NCBI GenBank assembly: GCA_013239625.1
Contig: MU056000.1
Coordinates: forward strand, 11,483,175-11,547,174
Origin: Lama guanicoe
Lineage: Eukaryota
Direction of reading: 5' to 3'
Length of the DNA stretch: 64,000 nucleotides
The notes under the pieces are model-generated. The model searched no databases, was not told the origin of the DNA, and was given only the letters and a program-made list of their open reading frames with translations. Of the stretch, positions 49,178 to 61,488 are shown piece by piece (within the stretch, counting starts at the first letter, position 1; every line of letters starts with the position of its first letter). A program made the position numbers and the translations under genes.

Positions 49178-49660
49178 ATACCTCTAAACCAAAAACAAAC
49201 AAGAAACTCCACCACAATTTGAAGACACAGAGCAAGCATCAGAACAAGACACGGCAGGGATGTTGAAGTCATCAGACCAAGAATTTAAAACAACTATGAT
49301 TAAGATGCTGAAGGGCTCGAATGGGTAAAGTAGGCAACATGCAAGACCAGGCGGGCAAAGTAAGCAGAGTGATAGAAATCCTAAGAAAAACAAAACAAAA
49401 AAAAATGCTAGAGTTAAAAAAAAATATGATAATAGAAATGAAGACTGTCTTTGATGGGCTGATTAGTAGATTGGACACAGTTAAAGAAAGACTCTGAGAG
49501 CTGGAAGATATATCAATAGAATCCTCGGAACCAAAGAACAAATAGAGCAAAGTTTGAAAACAGCCCAGAATACCCCAGGACTGTGGAACCACTGTAGAAG
49601 GTGCTATATCTGCATCATGGGAGTACCAGAAGAAGAAAGAGGGAAAGGACCAGAGTCTAT
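48305..49660 (+). mobile_element. Old L1 (L1MC-type) 5' UTR plus start of ORF1
   Basis: ATAAGGAGCTTGGAAGTTGCCGCTCTGTCCTAAC...AAGCTGAACAGACTGAAAAGTCAGCAACTCTTCTTGGATCC (5' UTR); ATCAGACCAAGAATTTAAAACAACTATGATTAAGATGCT...TTTGATGGGCTGATTAGTAGATTGGACACAG (ORF1 coiled coil). Confidence 0.8.
49108..49180. repeat. Compound microsatellite (GCAT)8(AAAT)~10
   Basis: Visible directly. Confidence 0.95.
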
Positions 49661-50401
49661 TTAACTCTGCTAAATAGTAGCATTTCTAATCTACCTGAAG
49701 ATATGGATTCTGTCTACTTGAGGGTCACATTTCATCAGCGGGGACCCACATAACATACACTGACGGATGCATATGATTGAAGCTTCCACTCCCTTTGTGG
49801 TCAAAGTCTTGCTTTCCAACTGCAAGCAAATGGCACAGGACACACTCAGGCTCCTAGTGGATACCCTCACAAATGTGAGTAAGCTATCTGCGTGCCAAAT
49901 CCTAGAAAGGTAACTTTCCTCTTGAACGCTGGTGTGCCTACCATTCTGGTGAAACAAGTTGGTAAAAGTCAAGAGGGACCCAGTGCAGGAGTAATGAGGC
50001 AGATGGACTGGAAGAAAAATATAGAGTCCACAACAGGAAAGAATTTGCATGGAAAGTCTCCAAGTTTTACGAGGCCGAAAATTTCAGCCCTTTTCTTAGA
50101 TCTACTTTTCTAGCACTCCTCCACCCCAGCAGTCATTTTGTTCTGAAATCCACCAGGGAGCTGTATCACCTCAGGGCCTGTGCTCCAGGGAAGGACCACC
50201 CCCTCACCACTATATACAGGAAAAGTAGACTCGTACACCTGGTCTTCTAAACCTTCTCTTGTGAGGCCACTGAAACAGGGTCTGGACAACTGTCTCCTAG
50301 TGATTAATGATCTCAAGACCCTTGTCATCAGGCCAGCTGCAGAACTGTAGGGTAACCTTTCTGTCCCAGCGCTGGCCCTCTGTCCTGGCTGAGCCTAGTC
50401 C

Positions 50402-50645
50402 TGTGTCTTAGGGTTCTTTAGAGAAAGAAAATCCATAGGAGATACATGTATATAAGTAATATTTATTATAGGAAGTTAGCTTACATGATTATGGAGGCCG
50501 AGACATCCCAAGATCTGCAGTTGGCAAGCTGGTGGTATAGTTCTAGTCTGAGTCCAAAGGCCTGAGAACCAGGAGAGCCAAGTCTCCTCTAAGTTCTAGT
50601 CCAAGGGCAGGAGAAGACCAATGTCCCAGCTCGACAGTCAGGCTC
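50402..50645 (-). mobile_element. MLT2 (MLT2B/C-like) ERVL LTR, partial
   Basis: TTAGGGTTCTTTAGAGAAA...TGATTATGGAGGCCGAGACATCCCAAGATCTGCAG...GAGTCCAAAGGCCTGAGAACCAGGAGAGCC. Confidence 0.85.
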
Positions 50646-50784
50646 CTTCCCTCTCATTTCTCGTTCACCCTGCTCTGGGGGTCCACCTTCTGAGGTGTTT
50701 GTAGTCAATATCTTGTTGTAGATAGAGCCTAAATTGTTTACTAACCAGTACCGTCCTATGCAGACACTTGCTAAAATTCTTCAC

Positions 50785-51165
50785 CTTCATCAGTTCAGAC
50801 TGGTATAACCAATACCATCCTGAGTAACGTAAACAGTAAACTTATTTCTCACAGCTCTAGAGGCTGGGAGGGCCATAATCAAGGCAGCGGGCAATTCAAT
50901 GTCTGGTGAGAGCCTGCTTCCTGGTTTGCAGATGGGACCTTCTTGCTGGGTCCTCACATGGCAGAAGGAGAGAGAGAGAAGGAGGGGAGAGAGAGCGAGC
51001 GAGAACTCTAATCTCATACAGTCTCTTCTTTTAAGAACATTCATCTCCTCATGGGGCCCCACCCACATGACTTCCCACAGGCCCCACCTTGTAATTCCAT
51101 CACTTTGGGAATTAACAGCTTCAACGTATGGATTTTGAGGGGAAAGAATTATTCAGCTCATGGCA
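50785..51165 (-). mobile_element. MLT1A-type MaLR solo LTR
   Basis: TTATTTCTCACAGCTCTAGAGGCTGGGAG...GTCTGGTGAGAGCCTGCTTCCTGGTTTGCAGATG...GTCCTCACATGGCAGA...ATTCAGCTCATGGCA. Confidence 0.88.
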
Positions 51166-53254
51166 CCAGCCAATCTGAGTGGATATCATTCTTGATGAGA
51201 ATCTTACGGGAGATGGATCTTACGGAAGGCGGGGTTCAGGGAAGCACAGCGGAGATCTCTGGGCTTAAGCATCACCAACAGCAGATGAATGACTTTGGAG
51301 AGGCAGGGCCAGCTCTCAGTTCAAGGTATAAAGCCAAGGCAGAAACCAACTTCTCTCTCTGAGTGGTGTCTGGATGTGTAACACACACAAGCCCCTGGGC
51401 ACAGATGGCAAACACTGGACACAGACACTGCAGTGCCAGGAAATGGAGGCTTTTATCTTGTACTTCTTCAGCCGGCTTTTATGTCTGATTATACAAAATA
51501 ATTGCACCGCAAATTTCAAGTGCACAATGAATTTTGACTCTTGGCCTTGGTTCCTCTTGAAAATCATCAGAAATTATTCTGTAATCAATATCACATAAAC
51601 TCCCAGGAGAAATAAAGTCTCTCCCGTATGGAAGAGGAGATTATTTAGCATCTCTCAAAGCCAAGACGTCATCCGCTGGTAGCTTCATCGATTCTCTTCA
51701 TCTCTTCTCCGTTGCCTGCTTATCTCCAATTCAAACCAGGAGAGGTGACCAGAGAAATCAGTGCTAGTGATAACTAGCAGCCCGCAATGGGATGTGTTTT
51801 CTCTGTCTCACTCTGATGCAGATGCGTGGTGATTATTAAAAGCCCTCTGTGAGGAGGTTTATTCCCGATATTATCCTGAGACCAGAACAGGCAGCTTCAC
51901 TTTGAATTATCTTCTCCTCCTTCAGATGCTGAAAACAATTCCTTTAAGCTAAGGAATCTCTGCTGACATCTGTCAGTTGAAAGGCCAGGCCTCCCACCTC
52001 TTCAAACACATAAAGAGTGCTTCTTTTCCTTCAAAGTTGGTCAGTCAAGTTTGGCTCGTGAGAGTTAAAGTCGTTTCCCATCTTGGTAACCACATCTTTC
52101 TCAGTCTGTGGCCGGAGTGCTGAACAGCCAGAATGAGAGCAACAGAAATAACAACTGTTTGCAAAACACCTTGACGATTACAAAATGTTCTTACATCAAC
52201 TATTAACAATAACCTAAGTCTTCCAACCCACCTTTGTGTTGTGTGATCTAGCCAAAATGCCAACTCTGGGCAAACAATGTTTATTACATTATTTTTAACA
52301 GAAAAATAAATCCTAGAGTGATCTCAGTAAAATTCAGCAACTGTTCCCATAGAAAAAGGGGAAAAAATAGCTCCAGGTACGTTTGATAGAAATCAAACTA
52401 CCCATAGTGAGGGACTGAATGCACATTACACAATGGGGATGCTGTGAAAGTCAAAACATTGATTTTTTTCAAGGCAGAACACGGGCTCCCCTATGCTGGG
52501 AGAACACCCGATGCTCTGGTCTCTAGCTGGGAAGCATGAAGCGGCCAAGATTCGAGATCCGGTGTCGGTTGCTACTGTGGTCTGAGCAGGCACTTGTAAC
52601 AAGACTGTGGGAGATGATTCAGCTCCCCTCACAGAAAGCAAAGCCAGCCTCTCAAATTCTGTTGTATATGACATTACAGAGCATCTCGGTTGGATTTTAG
52701 AACCAATGAAGTGCCGTGAAATGACTTCTGCGCATTATGGCACTGGGTTGGCTCATGTCCCTGAGAGATGCGTCTCACTACACCGACATTTCAGGACACC
52801 TTGAAGAGAGAAGAGGTCGAGGACCAGTAAATCAGCGTGAGCTGAAGTTTCCCTCTTTGCATGGTTGACATCATGGGCAGTTGTCTCCTGGCCCAGGATG
52901 GTCCCCCAGCCACTGAGCTCACATACTGGACGAGGAAGCCTGGGGCCTCATGTTCACCTCAGGTGGTGATGGGAAGTGAAATTCTGAGGAGGCTGGCTTT
53001 GCTCTGTTTTTTTTTTTCCAGTAACTTATAGCTTATTACGTTTGATGTATAAAGATTGGAAACAAACCAGAAAAGCAAACTGAGTTCATTGGAACCCATC
53101 AAAGTTTCTCTAAAATAGTATATACATTGTTCCACATGTCAATTCTGAAAATAATGGTTTATCAATGGATGTTATTTTATAAACAAAAATCACATTTGGC
53201 CATCATGTCAATCTTAGTGATCAGAAATGGTGGGGGTAAACACCACACCGTTTT

Positions 53255-53545
53255 GACTCTACCCTTGGCCTCTGCTTTCCTCTCCAGCTGCAACTCTTGC
53301 CTCCCCTTTTTCACTTCACACATTGCTCTGGCCACAACGAACTTCTTTTTGTTCCTCTAAAACACGGGTGCTGCCTTCCTGTCTCAGAGATTTTGTGTGT
53401 TCTGTTTTCCCTCCCTTTTGATTGCTGACCATCCACCCTGTCTTCAGAGATCAATAATTTGCTACATGAGACATTTTTCATCTCCCAGATAAAGTTATAT
53501 TCTCCAGCTATGGAATTTCATAGCACCTTGTACTTCCTTTGCCTT
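53255..53545 (+). mobile_element. L2 LINE fragment
   Basis: CTTGGCCTCTGCTTTCCTCTCCAGC...GCTCTGGCCACAACGAACTTCTTTTTGTTCCTC...TCATAGCACCTTGTACTTCCT. Confidence 0.7.
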
Positions 53546-53729
53546 TATCGTAATAATGGCAAAAACTCATACAACACAACACAGGGTTCTAGGTTCTGTT
53601 CTAAAATCACCCACACACCACACACATATATACCTATATATAGGTGTATATATTTATAACTATCATCTACCTGTTCATCCATCTATCACATGTTCAGTGA
53701 GAAGACTGGATGAGTATTTATATAGTAGC

Positions 53730-53747
53730 TATAGATAGATAGATAGG

Positions 53748-53778
<31 letters not shown>

Positions 53779-53820
53779 GGAGATAGGGAGATAGGGAGAT
53801 AGGGAGATAGATCGATAGGG
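53730..53820. repeat. (GATA)n microsatellite grading into (GGGAGATA)n
   Basis: Visible directly. Confidence 0.95.
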
Positions 53821-54437
53821 TCTTACTCTTTTTGCTATTTCCCTCTAAGAAGAATATGAAATACCAGATAGTAAACACCCAACTGACATTTTCAGGCTGC
53901 CCTACTGCTGCTTCAGACCATCAGTCCCCTCTGTGTACATTTTCTCAGGAGCGGTACCATCAGAGGCGAAAAGAACACAAAGTGTAATTTTGTACGCACA
54001 CTTGGTATGATCAGCCATTTCAATTTCATCTAGTGAGGGCCAAGATTGGCTTTGCCCAGGAGGGAAGAGAATAAATCTATTAATAAAAGAATGATACTGA
54101 GGGTAAAAGAAACCATATACAAGCTGCCCTATTTAGGATGACACCAACCCACCAACCACTGTAACAAATCATCTCAGAAAGGAGTCACAGTTTCCACACA
54201 GTGGAGATTTATTTCTTGATGAGCAGTTCCAGATCAGGGTTTATTTTTCTCTCCACAGTTTTTCGAGGGCGCGGGAAGCTCTGATGTCTTGAACATGGAG
54301 CTTCTAAGGTTGTCATGCTTTTCTCCACCCAGTCACAAAGAGCTTTGGGGAAACTACGTGGGCAACTATTACAGACCATGCCTGAAAACATGCGCTATCT
54401 GCTTACATTCCATTGGCTTAAACTCAGTCACATGGAA

Positions 54438-54830
54438 GATTAGGTTCCTATTGCTGCTGTAACAAATTACAACCAACTTGAAGAGTTAAAACAATATACA
54501 TTTATTCTCTTAAAACTCTGGGGGTCAGAAGTCTGAAATCAGTTTCACTGGGCTGAAAGCAAGGTGTTAGCAGGGCCACACTTCCTTAGAGGCTCCAGGG
54601 GAAAATCGATGCCCTCCCCTTTACCAGCTTCTAGAGCTGCATCCCTTGCATTGCTCGGCTCCTGGCCCTTTCCTCCATCTTCAAAGCCAGCAGCAGCATC
54701 TTGCTTCAGTGGTCACGTTGCTTTCTTCTTCTCTGTCAGACCTCCCTCTTAGAAGGACATTTGTGACTGCACTCAGAGTCCACACCTCTCGCCCCCATGC
54801 ATATTCGATAATCCTTTTCTTACAAAGATG
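54438..54830 (-). mobile_element. MLT1C/MLT1D MaLR LTR
   Basis: TTCCTATTGCTGCTGTAACAAATTAC...GGTCAGAAGTCTGAAATC...AAGGTGTTAGCAGGGCC...CCTCCATCTTCAAAGCCAGCA. Confidence 0.88.
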
Positions 54831-54932
54831 AAACCACAGATTTGGGTTTGGGCTTTGGAGATAAAGAGGCCCCTTAGAAGTTCTCCATATGGTTCAGATG
54901 GCTTATAAGCATTTCTCATTGGGATTTGGAGA

Positions 54933-55434
54933 TGCCAACTGAAATAAAATGCACAATCTCAAAGTTGAGAGTTATGTTTTATTCGGCAGACTTTCTGAGG
55001 ACTCAGCCCAGGACACAGCATCTCAGATGCTAAAAGACTGTTCCAAAGTGGCAAGGTAGAAGCCAGGATATGTGAGTTTTTGCATCAAAGACCGGGTAGT
55101 CGGAACATCAAAAGATTACTGTTAGTTAAAGAAAACCAGATCTCTCAAGTTAAGGAATTTAGTGCTTTTCTACTTATGGGAAGGTACACAGGTCTGGGCT
55201 CATTGAAATCATTACTTTGATATGCACCTGGCTATCTGGGGCCGGTACTCTGTTCTTCAACATCCTGAGTTCCCTCAGGGGCATGGTTGGTGGGGGCTGC
55301 AGAGGCCAGGCTGCCTGCTTGTTGGCATCCTGAGTTCCCTCTGCTCACTGTTGGGGGTGGCGGTAGCAGCTGATGACTTGATGGCCACAGCATCCTTTGT
55401 TTACTGATATGGCTGGTGACATTTTTCATTCACA
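54933..55434 (-). mobile_element. ERV1 solo LTR, MER41-like family (copy 3) with 4-bp TSD GAGA
   Basis: TGCCAACTGAAATAAAATGCACAATC...TTTTTCATTCACA is the reverse complement of copy 1. GAGA at 54929-54932 and 55435-55438. Confidence 0.9.
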
Positions 55435-57534
55435 GAGACAAAGTTCTTGACAACTACAGTGTTATTTTACTTTCCATTTTAAAATCACTGTCCTGTGATG
55501 GGGAAGCCTTTTGGGGAATCTGATGAATCTGAAGCTGATGTGCTCAGTATTGGAGCCACTGGTGAAATGATACCTTAATTATCTCGTGGTAGCCTCCAAC
55601 GGTCATGGAGGTATTCAACTTTCTATTAAGGAGCTGTTCATATGGGGGTGGGGTGCCAGAATCCACAGTTCCTTTTCTCTCCTGATTCAGATCCATTAGG
55701 GTGTGTAATATTTTCTTAAACGGGAAAAAGAACGTAGACAATGTAGAAGAAAATAAAAGTCTACAAGAAGAATGATGCCTTTAAAACAGGAACAGTAATA
55801 AGATACAGTAAGAGTCAAAGCAGAGGAAATAAGGGCACACAAAATACAATACATGCAGATGAGGATTTAAAAGCTTAATGAAAAGTGAGACAGAGCAAAA
55901 GACCGAGCACTAGCAAAAAGTGCAGGTTCTTTTCGAAAGAAGATGTCATGAACTTACGATTTGGTGGTTTTAAAAATTGCTTTTTATTTTGTATCATGAA
56001 ATGTATTATAAGATTTGAACTAGAGAATTTTCTATATTTCTTCCAAGTTTAAGACTCTCTGTGAAATCCGAAATGGCTCTGTAGTAATATAATACATTGT
56101 TTTGAACAATAATAAAGTGGTCCACCGACATTCCACTCTTCATTCTGTAACTATGTTGAAATATTTATGCTAATAGACTCATCAACGCACGTGCACACAC
56201 GCATATGTAACACATACACGTACTCAGGCTCGTCCTTGTGCACACGTTTTCCTGAAAAATCCAGTGAATAGAGATTAAGGACATTTGGGCAGCATAAAAT
56301 GGGGACACATTGGTTAATCAGTTAGTTACTGAACACTGTCCTTGCATATGAACAGAACAGAATAAAATCATATATTGAGAAAAACATTGATACACTGACA
56401 AGTGTACTTGAAGAAAAATTTTACAGCTGTAAGAGACAATCATTGTTACAGTGGTGTTTGGAGAAGGGAGGCATGTTTTCAATTAGGCTAATCCCAGAGT
56501 CAAATATTTACAGTATGATGTCACCATTGACCAATGAAATGTTAACACTCCTCTGCTGGCTCTGGTCTTGTCTCTAGAGCCCTCTGTCCTGGGTGGGACC
56601 TGAGAAAATCTTCACTCAGGAAGCAGAGCCAGAAATCAGTGGCGGTGAACAGAGCTCAAGGCCAGAGTTGAAATGAGAAAAAATTGCATGATTTTCAAGT
56701 ATGTTTATGGAAATGGTCAGCTCTACGGTGAATCTCTACATTAAGCCAAATACTCACTTGATGAACGTATTGCCCTTGTTAATGTGTTAGGATTTTTAAT
56801 GTGCTGAACACAAGCCCTGAACTTCCCAGAGTTCTGTATACGAGTCTGAGCCTGGGGGTGTATACAGCAAATGGGAAACCCAAGCCTTTTGAATGCATTT
56901 AGATATCTTTGGCAGAAAGGTAAATGAGAAAGCCTTTTAAACATACACAGAAACATGGAAGCAGAACCCCCCAGCTCCGTGGCACCTGCCTGCAGGCCAG
57001 GCTGGACAAGTTCACCTAATTTTTGCTTTAAAGCTTCTCTACATTTGAGGCAAAATTCTCTGTTTGACCCTGACTACCGTTCTCTTTTCTTCATCCAGTA
57101 AATCTTTTCATAGAGGTCAAGTGTGGAGAGTCACACTTCAGTTGGATGTGAAGGTTGGCCATTGTTCTCCATTGTTCTAATTTGCTTGATCTGGCTGCCC
57201 GAGGGGTCTTACTCTGCAGGAACTTCCAAAGGTGGATGGTTCCTATAAGGAAGGTGGGGAGCTATACCTCCCATAGAATCTCTCAAATTATAGCTTTTGA
57301 AGTTGAAATAATGCTTTTTCTCCCTTGAGCATGGCACTTTGTGATGTTTTATTATATTCTATTGTCTGCAAATTGCTTTGTGTTTTCTTCTATGACCACC
57401 TCCTACATTAAGACATGGATTTTAGAAAAGTCATTAGTACTATTTAAATTTAAAATAGTTTCCAAATTTTTCTTGGTGATGACACATGTATAGGAAGTTA
57501 TGATGCATGTCTATGCAGTTATGACAAGTAGCTC

Positions 57535-57757
57535 AGAAATTAAAAGCATAGACTTTGATCCCACACATCCTGGGTTCAAATCCTGGCCCTGCCACTTGTA
57601 ACCTTGGACTTAAACTCTCTCAGCACTTCAGTTTTCTCATCTATGAAAACCATTTCATGGGGCTGTTGTGAGAGTTACATAAGCTAATATTTGTAAAGTG
57701 CTTAAACAGAGGCTGGACAGTAATAAAGACCTAATATGAGTTAGTTTTTATTATTAC
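57535..57757 (+). mobile_element. MIR SINE, near full length
   Basis: CCTGGGTTCAAATCCTGGCCCTGCCACTT...TCAGTTTTCTCATCTATGAAA...TTTGTAAAGTGCTTA. Confidence 0.85.
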
Positions 57758-58247
57758 GATTTTGTCTTTGTGTAAGATGAAGTGTGGCTTCATAAAAACT
57801 ACTTCCTACTTTGCACCCTTTTCCTTTTCCTTAAAACAACAGCAAATAAAGAACTCAAATCCCCCAACGACAGATTGGAAATGGGAGCTCAGCCAACCCT
57901 TAGGCTGAAATATGCTAGATCTCACTGGATACAAGCCCCTTTCACAAGAGCCTGGGTCACTGTTTTGTTTGTATGTTCACTAGGCTGTCGGAGTGTGGGT
58001 GGGAGTGGAGCACAGAAAAGAACATCGCACTTCCCTCTACGTGGATTCCCCTCCCTGGAGAATATTGGAGCATTAGGCATCAGTTACTCATCACAATCGT
58101 CATAGGAAAGTTAAGGAACAGTCCTGCACGTTTCTAAGTTCTGAAAAAGGTAAAAGGAAGGTAAGTAAAGAATTGAAGGGAGTAGGAAAGACGTACCAGA
58201 CACCATAATACACACTTTACACACATTATCCTTTTACAGAGCAAATC

Positions 58248-58291
<44 letters not shown>

Positions 58292-58620
58292 ATTGAAGTA
58301 TAGTCAGTTTCTGGTGTACAGCACAATGCCTCAGTCATGCATATATATGTATATAAATATATATTCTTTTTCATTAAAGGTTATTACAAGATATTTAACA
58401 TAGTTCCCAGTGCTATACAGATAAAATTGTTTTTTTTACCTATTTTTATATATAATGATTAACCTTTGCAAATCTCAAACTCCCCAATTTCTCCCTTCCT
58501 ACTCCCTTTCCCCTGGTAATCATAAAATTGTTTGTTATGTCTGTGAGTCTGTTTCTGTTTTATAGATGAGTTCATTAGTATCCTCTTTTTTCTTTTTTCC
58601 CTTAGTTTTTTTTTTTAATT
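58248..58620 (-). mobile_element. Short L1 3' end (camelid type) with (TTTA)n tail
   Basis: (TTTA)n then AATTGAAGTATAGTCAG...TTCCCAGTGCTATACAG...TGTCTGTGAGTCTGTTTCTG; closely similar to 43650-43990. Confidence 0.9.
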
Positions 58621-58851
58621 AAGTAAAGTCATGGTATGTTTTTGAAATTTTTTAATTTGAAATAGTTAAGACAAAACAAATCCTTATTCTTCAAGAACTG
58701 ATACGTGTTTTGAGGAAAGTGTCTGAGTTAAACCTCCTTATTCTTTAGCAGTGCAGAATAAACTGTAGTGAGATTAAAACAGCAGCTGATGGGTGGGTTG
58801 GGACCCACAGACAGTGAGGGAACTGTGAAACTGTGCCCAGCCATGAAGTCC

Positions 58852-60330
58852 TTTTCTCCCCAGCTTTATTGAGATATAATTGACATTTAACATTGTGTAA
58901 GCTGAAAGCATACAATGGGATGATTTCATAGAAGTATATATTGTGAAGTGATTACCACCGTAAGGTTAGTTAACACATCCTTCAGCTCACATAATCACCG
59001 TTTTTGTTGTTGTGGTGGTGGTTATGGTGGTGAGAACATTTAGGATCTACTCTTTTAGCAATGTCCAAGTGTACAATACGGTCTTGTTAACTGTGGCTGC
59101 CATGCTGTACATAAGATCCCCAGAGTGTCTTCATCTTTGCTGGACGTTTGTACCCTTGTCCAACATTTCATCCATTTTTCACTCCCCAGTCCAGCCCCTG
59201 GAAACCCCTATTTCTACTCTCTGTTTCTATGAGTTCGACTATGCATACAGATCACATCTTGTTTTTCCATTCACCCATTGGTAGACATAGGTTGTTTCCA
59301 TGTCTGGACTAATGTGAATAATGCTGCAATGAATATGAAAGTAAAGTTATCTCTTCAAGATAGTAATTTCCTTTGAAAGTATGTCTCCCTTGGATATATA
59401 CACACAAATGTAGTAGTTCTTTTTTAAATTTTTTGAGGAAACTCTATATCATTTTCCATAGTGGCTGCACCCATTTACATTCCCACAAACAGTGTACAAG
59501 GCTTCTCTTTTCTCCACATCCTCACTAGCACTTGTTATCTCTTGTCTTTTTGATAATTGCCATTCTAGCAGGTGTGAGGTGGTATCTCATTGTGGTTTTG
59601 ATTTGCATTAGATGATTAATGATGTTGATCATCTTTTCATGTAGCTGTTGTCCACTTGTGTATCTTCTTTGGGGAAATATCTATTTAGGTTCTTTGCCCA
59701 ATGTTTTAATTGGATTAATTATGGGTTTTTTCCTATTGAGTTGTAATAAGTTCCTTACCTATTTTGGATATTAACCCCTTATTAGATATGGGATTGCAAA
59801 TATTTTCTTCTATTCTGTAGGTTGTTTTTCATTTTGCTGATTATTTCTTTTTATGTGGGGAGCTTTTAAATTTGATTTTGTCTCACTTGTTTATTTTTGC
59901 TTTCATTGCTTGTGGTGTTGGTGTCATTGCCAAGACCAATGTCAAGGAGTTTTCTTCCTATACTTTCTCCTAGGGTTTTTAATGGTTTCAGGTCTTACAT
60001 TTAATTCTTTAACCCATTTTGAGTTAATTTTCATGAGTGGTGTAATATAGGAGTCCAATTTCATTCTTTCGCATGTGAATGTTCAGTTTTCCCAGTACCA
60101 TTTATTGAAGAGACCATCATTTTCTCATTGAGTATTCTTAGCTCCCTTGTCAAATATTAGTTGACTCTGTATGCAAAGGTTTATTTCTGGGCTCTTGATT
60201 CAGTCTTGTTGTCCTGTGTGTCTGTTTTTATGCAAGTGTCATATTGTTTTGATTACTATATCTTTGTAATATAGTTTGAAATCTGTAAGCTTGATGCCCC
60301 AGCATTGTTCCTTCTCAAGATTGCTTTTGA
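58852..60330 (-). mobile_element. L1MA (L1MA9-like) LINE: 3' UTR plus ORF2 3' part
   Basis: CAGCTTTATTGAGATATAATTGACA...GGTGAGAACATTTAGGATCTACTC...CAGGTGTGAGGTGGTATCTCATTGTGG...TTTCCCAGTACCATTTATTGAAGAGAC. Confidence 0.92.
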
Positions 60331-61488
60331 GTTGCAAAGTCTCTAACACCTGGACATTTGGATTCCAATGCTTCTGGTGGCAGCTGGCCCTCAATAGGGA
60401 AATGCAGATCCACTCACCCTTTCTATTCCTAGAAACAAGGATATCAAGTGGACTCAGCCTCTAATTTCCAACTGCTGGTCCCAGCATGGCCATTTTCTCC
60501 CCAGCTTCCTCAGGGATGGGACAGACAGTTAAGTGCTCATTTCCAGTCCACAGGCAGATAAGGGAAGACAGAGCTCCTTGGAGGCATCCCCAGTACTCAC
60601 CCCACCCCACACCTGCCCACTCCATCCTCACCCTCACCACCAGGGCACATGGGCGCCCTCAATCTGGGGTGTCTTCCACCTCTCTCTAGAGTATTATCGG
60701 AGGGGAGGTGAGTAGGTTGAGAAATTTATTGAGTTAATGAGATGTTTTGACATTTTGCAATTCCCTGAGACACTATTAACTTTTTGAATGAAGAAATATA
60801 CTTCCATAGTATATCCTAGCCTCATATTAGAAGCTCTCATGAGCCTTTTTTACAAAGTTTACTAAATATATCTTTACTTTTCTTTTTTTATTGAGGGGCA
60901 TATAGAATACAATTTTAATAATGTTAATTATGCATGTTCATCTATAAACATATATCCCATAAAATTATCTTTTTGTACTTTTTATGTCTCCTACTATATT
61001 AAGAGAATATCTTAGTACATAAACCACACCAAAATGGAGAGGAAAACAAGACTTTGAGTAGTGCCAGTCACATAATTTGCCCATTGGGAAGCAGCCAAGG
61101 CACGGACTAAGGTCATAGTCATGGGGTGAGCCAGAGGACTTGACAACGAAGGACACTTTGCTTTCCCTATGGCCAAATGTGTACATGAAGCTCATCCTCC
61201 CTCCATATATTTACATCCAACTCTTCACTCTGTGAAGAAAATAGGCATTTTATAGAATAAAAATTTGTGCCTGCTTAGGGTAAGGGAGAAGACTAGATTC
61301 AAAGATCTACTGCAAACTGCATAGAAAAATAGCTAGCAAATAATACACTTCATAAACATTAATTGCTATTATTATCATGGTTGTCGTTGTAAGGGATAAT
61401 CACCCTCCTCTCCTGAGCAATAAGCCTCAGTTTCCTGGCCTAGACCTAATGGGGAAAAGGCAGCATCATCTAGAAGGGAAATGCACAC

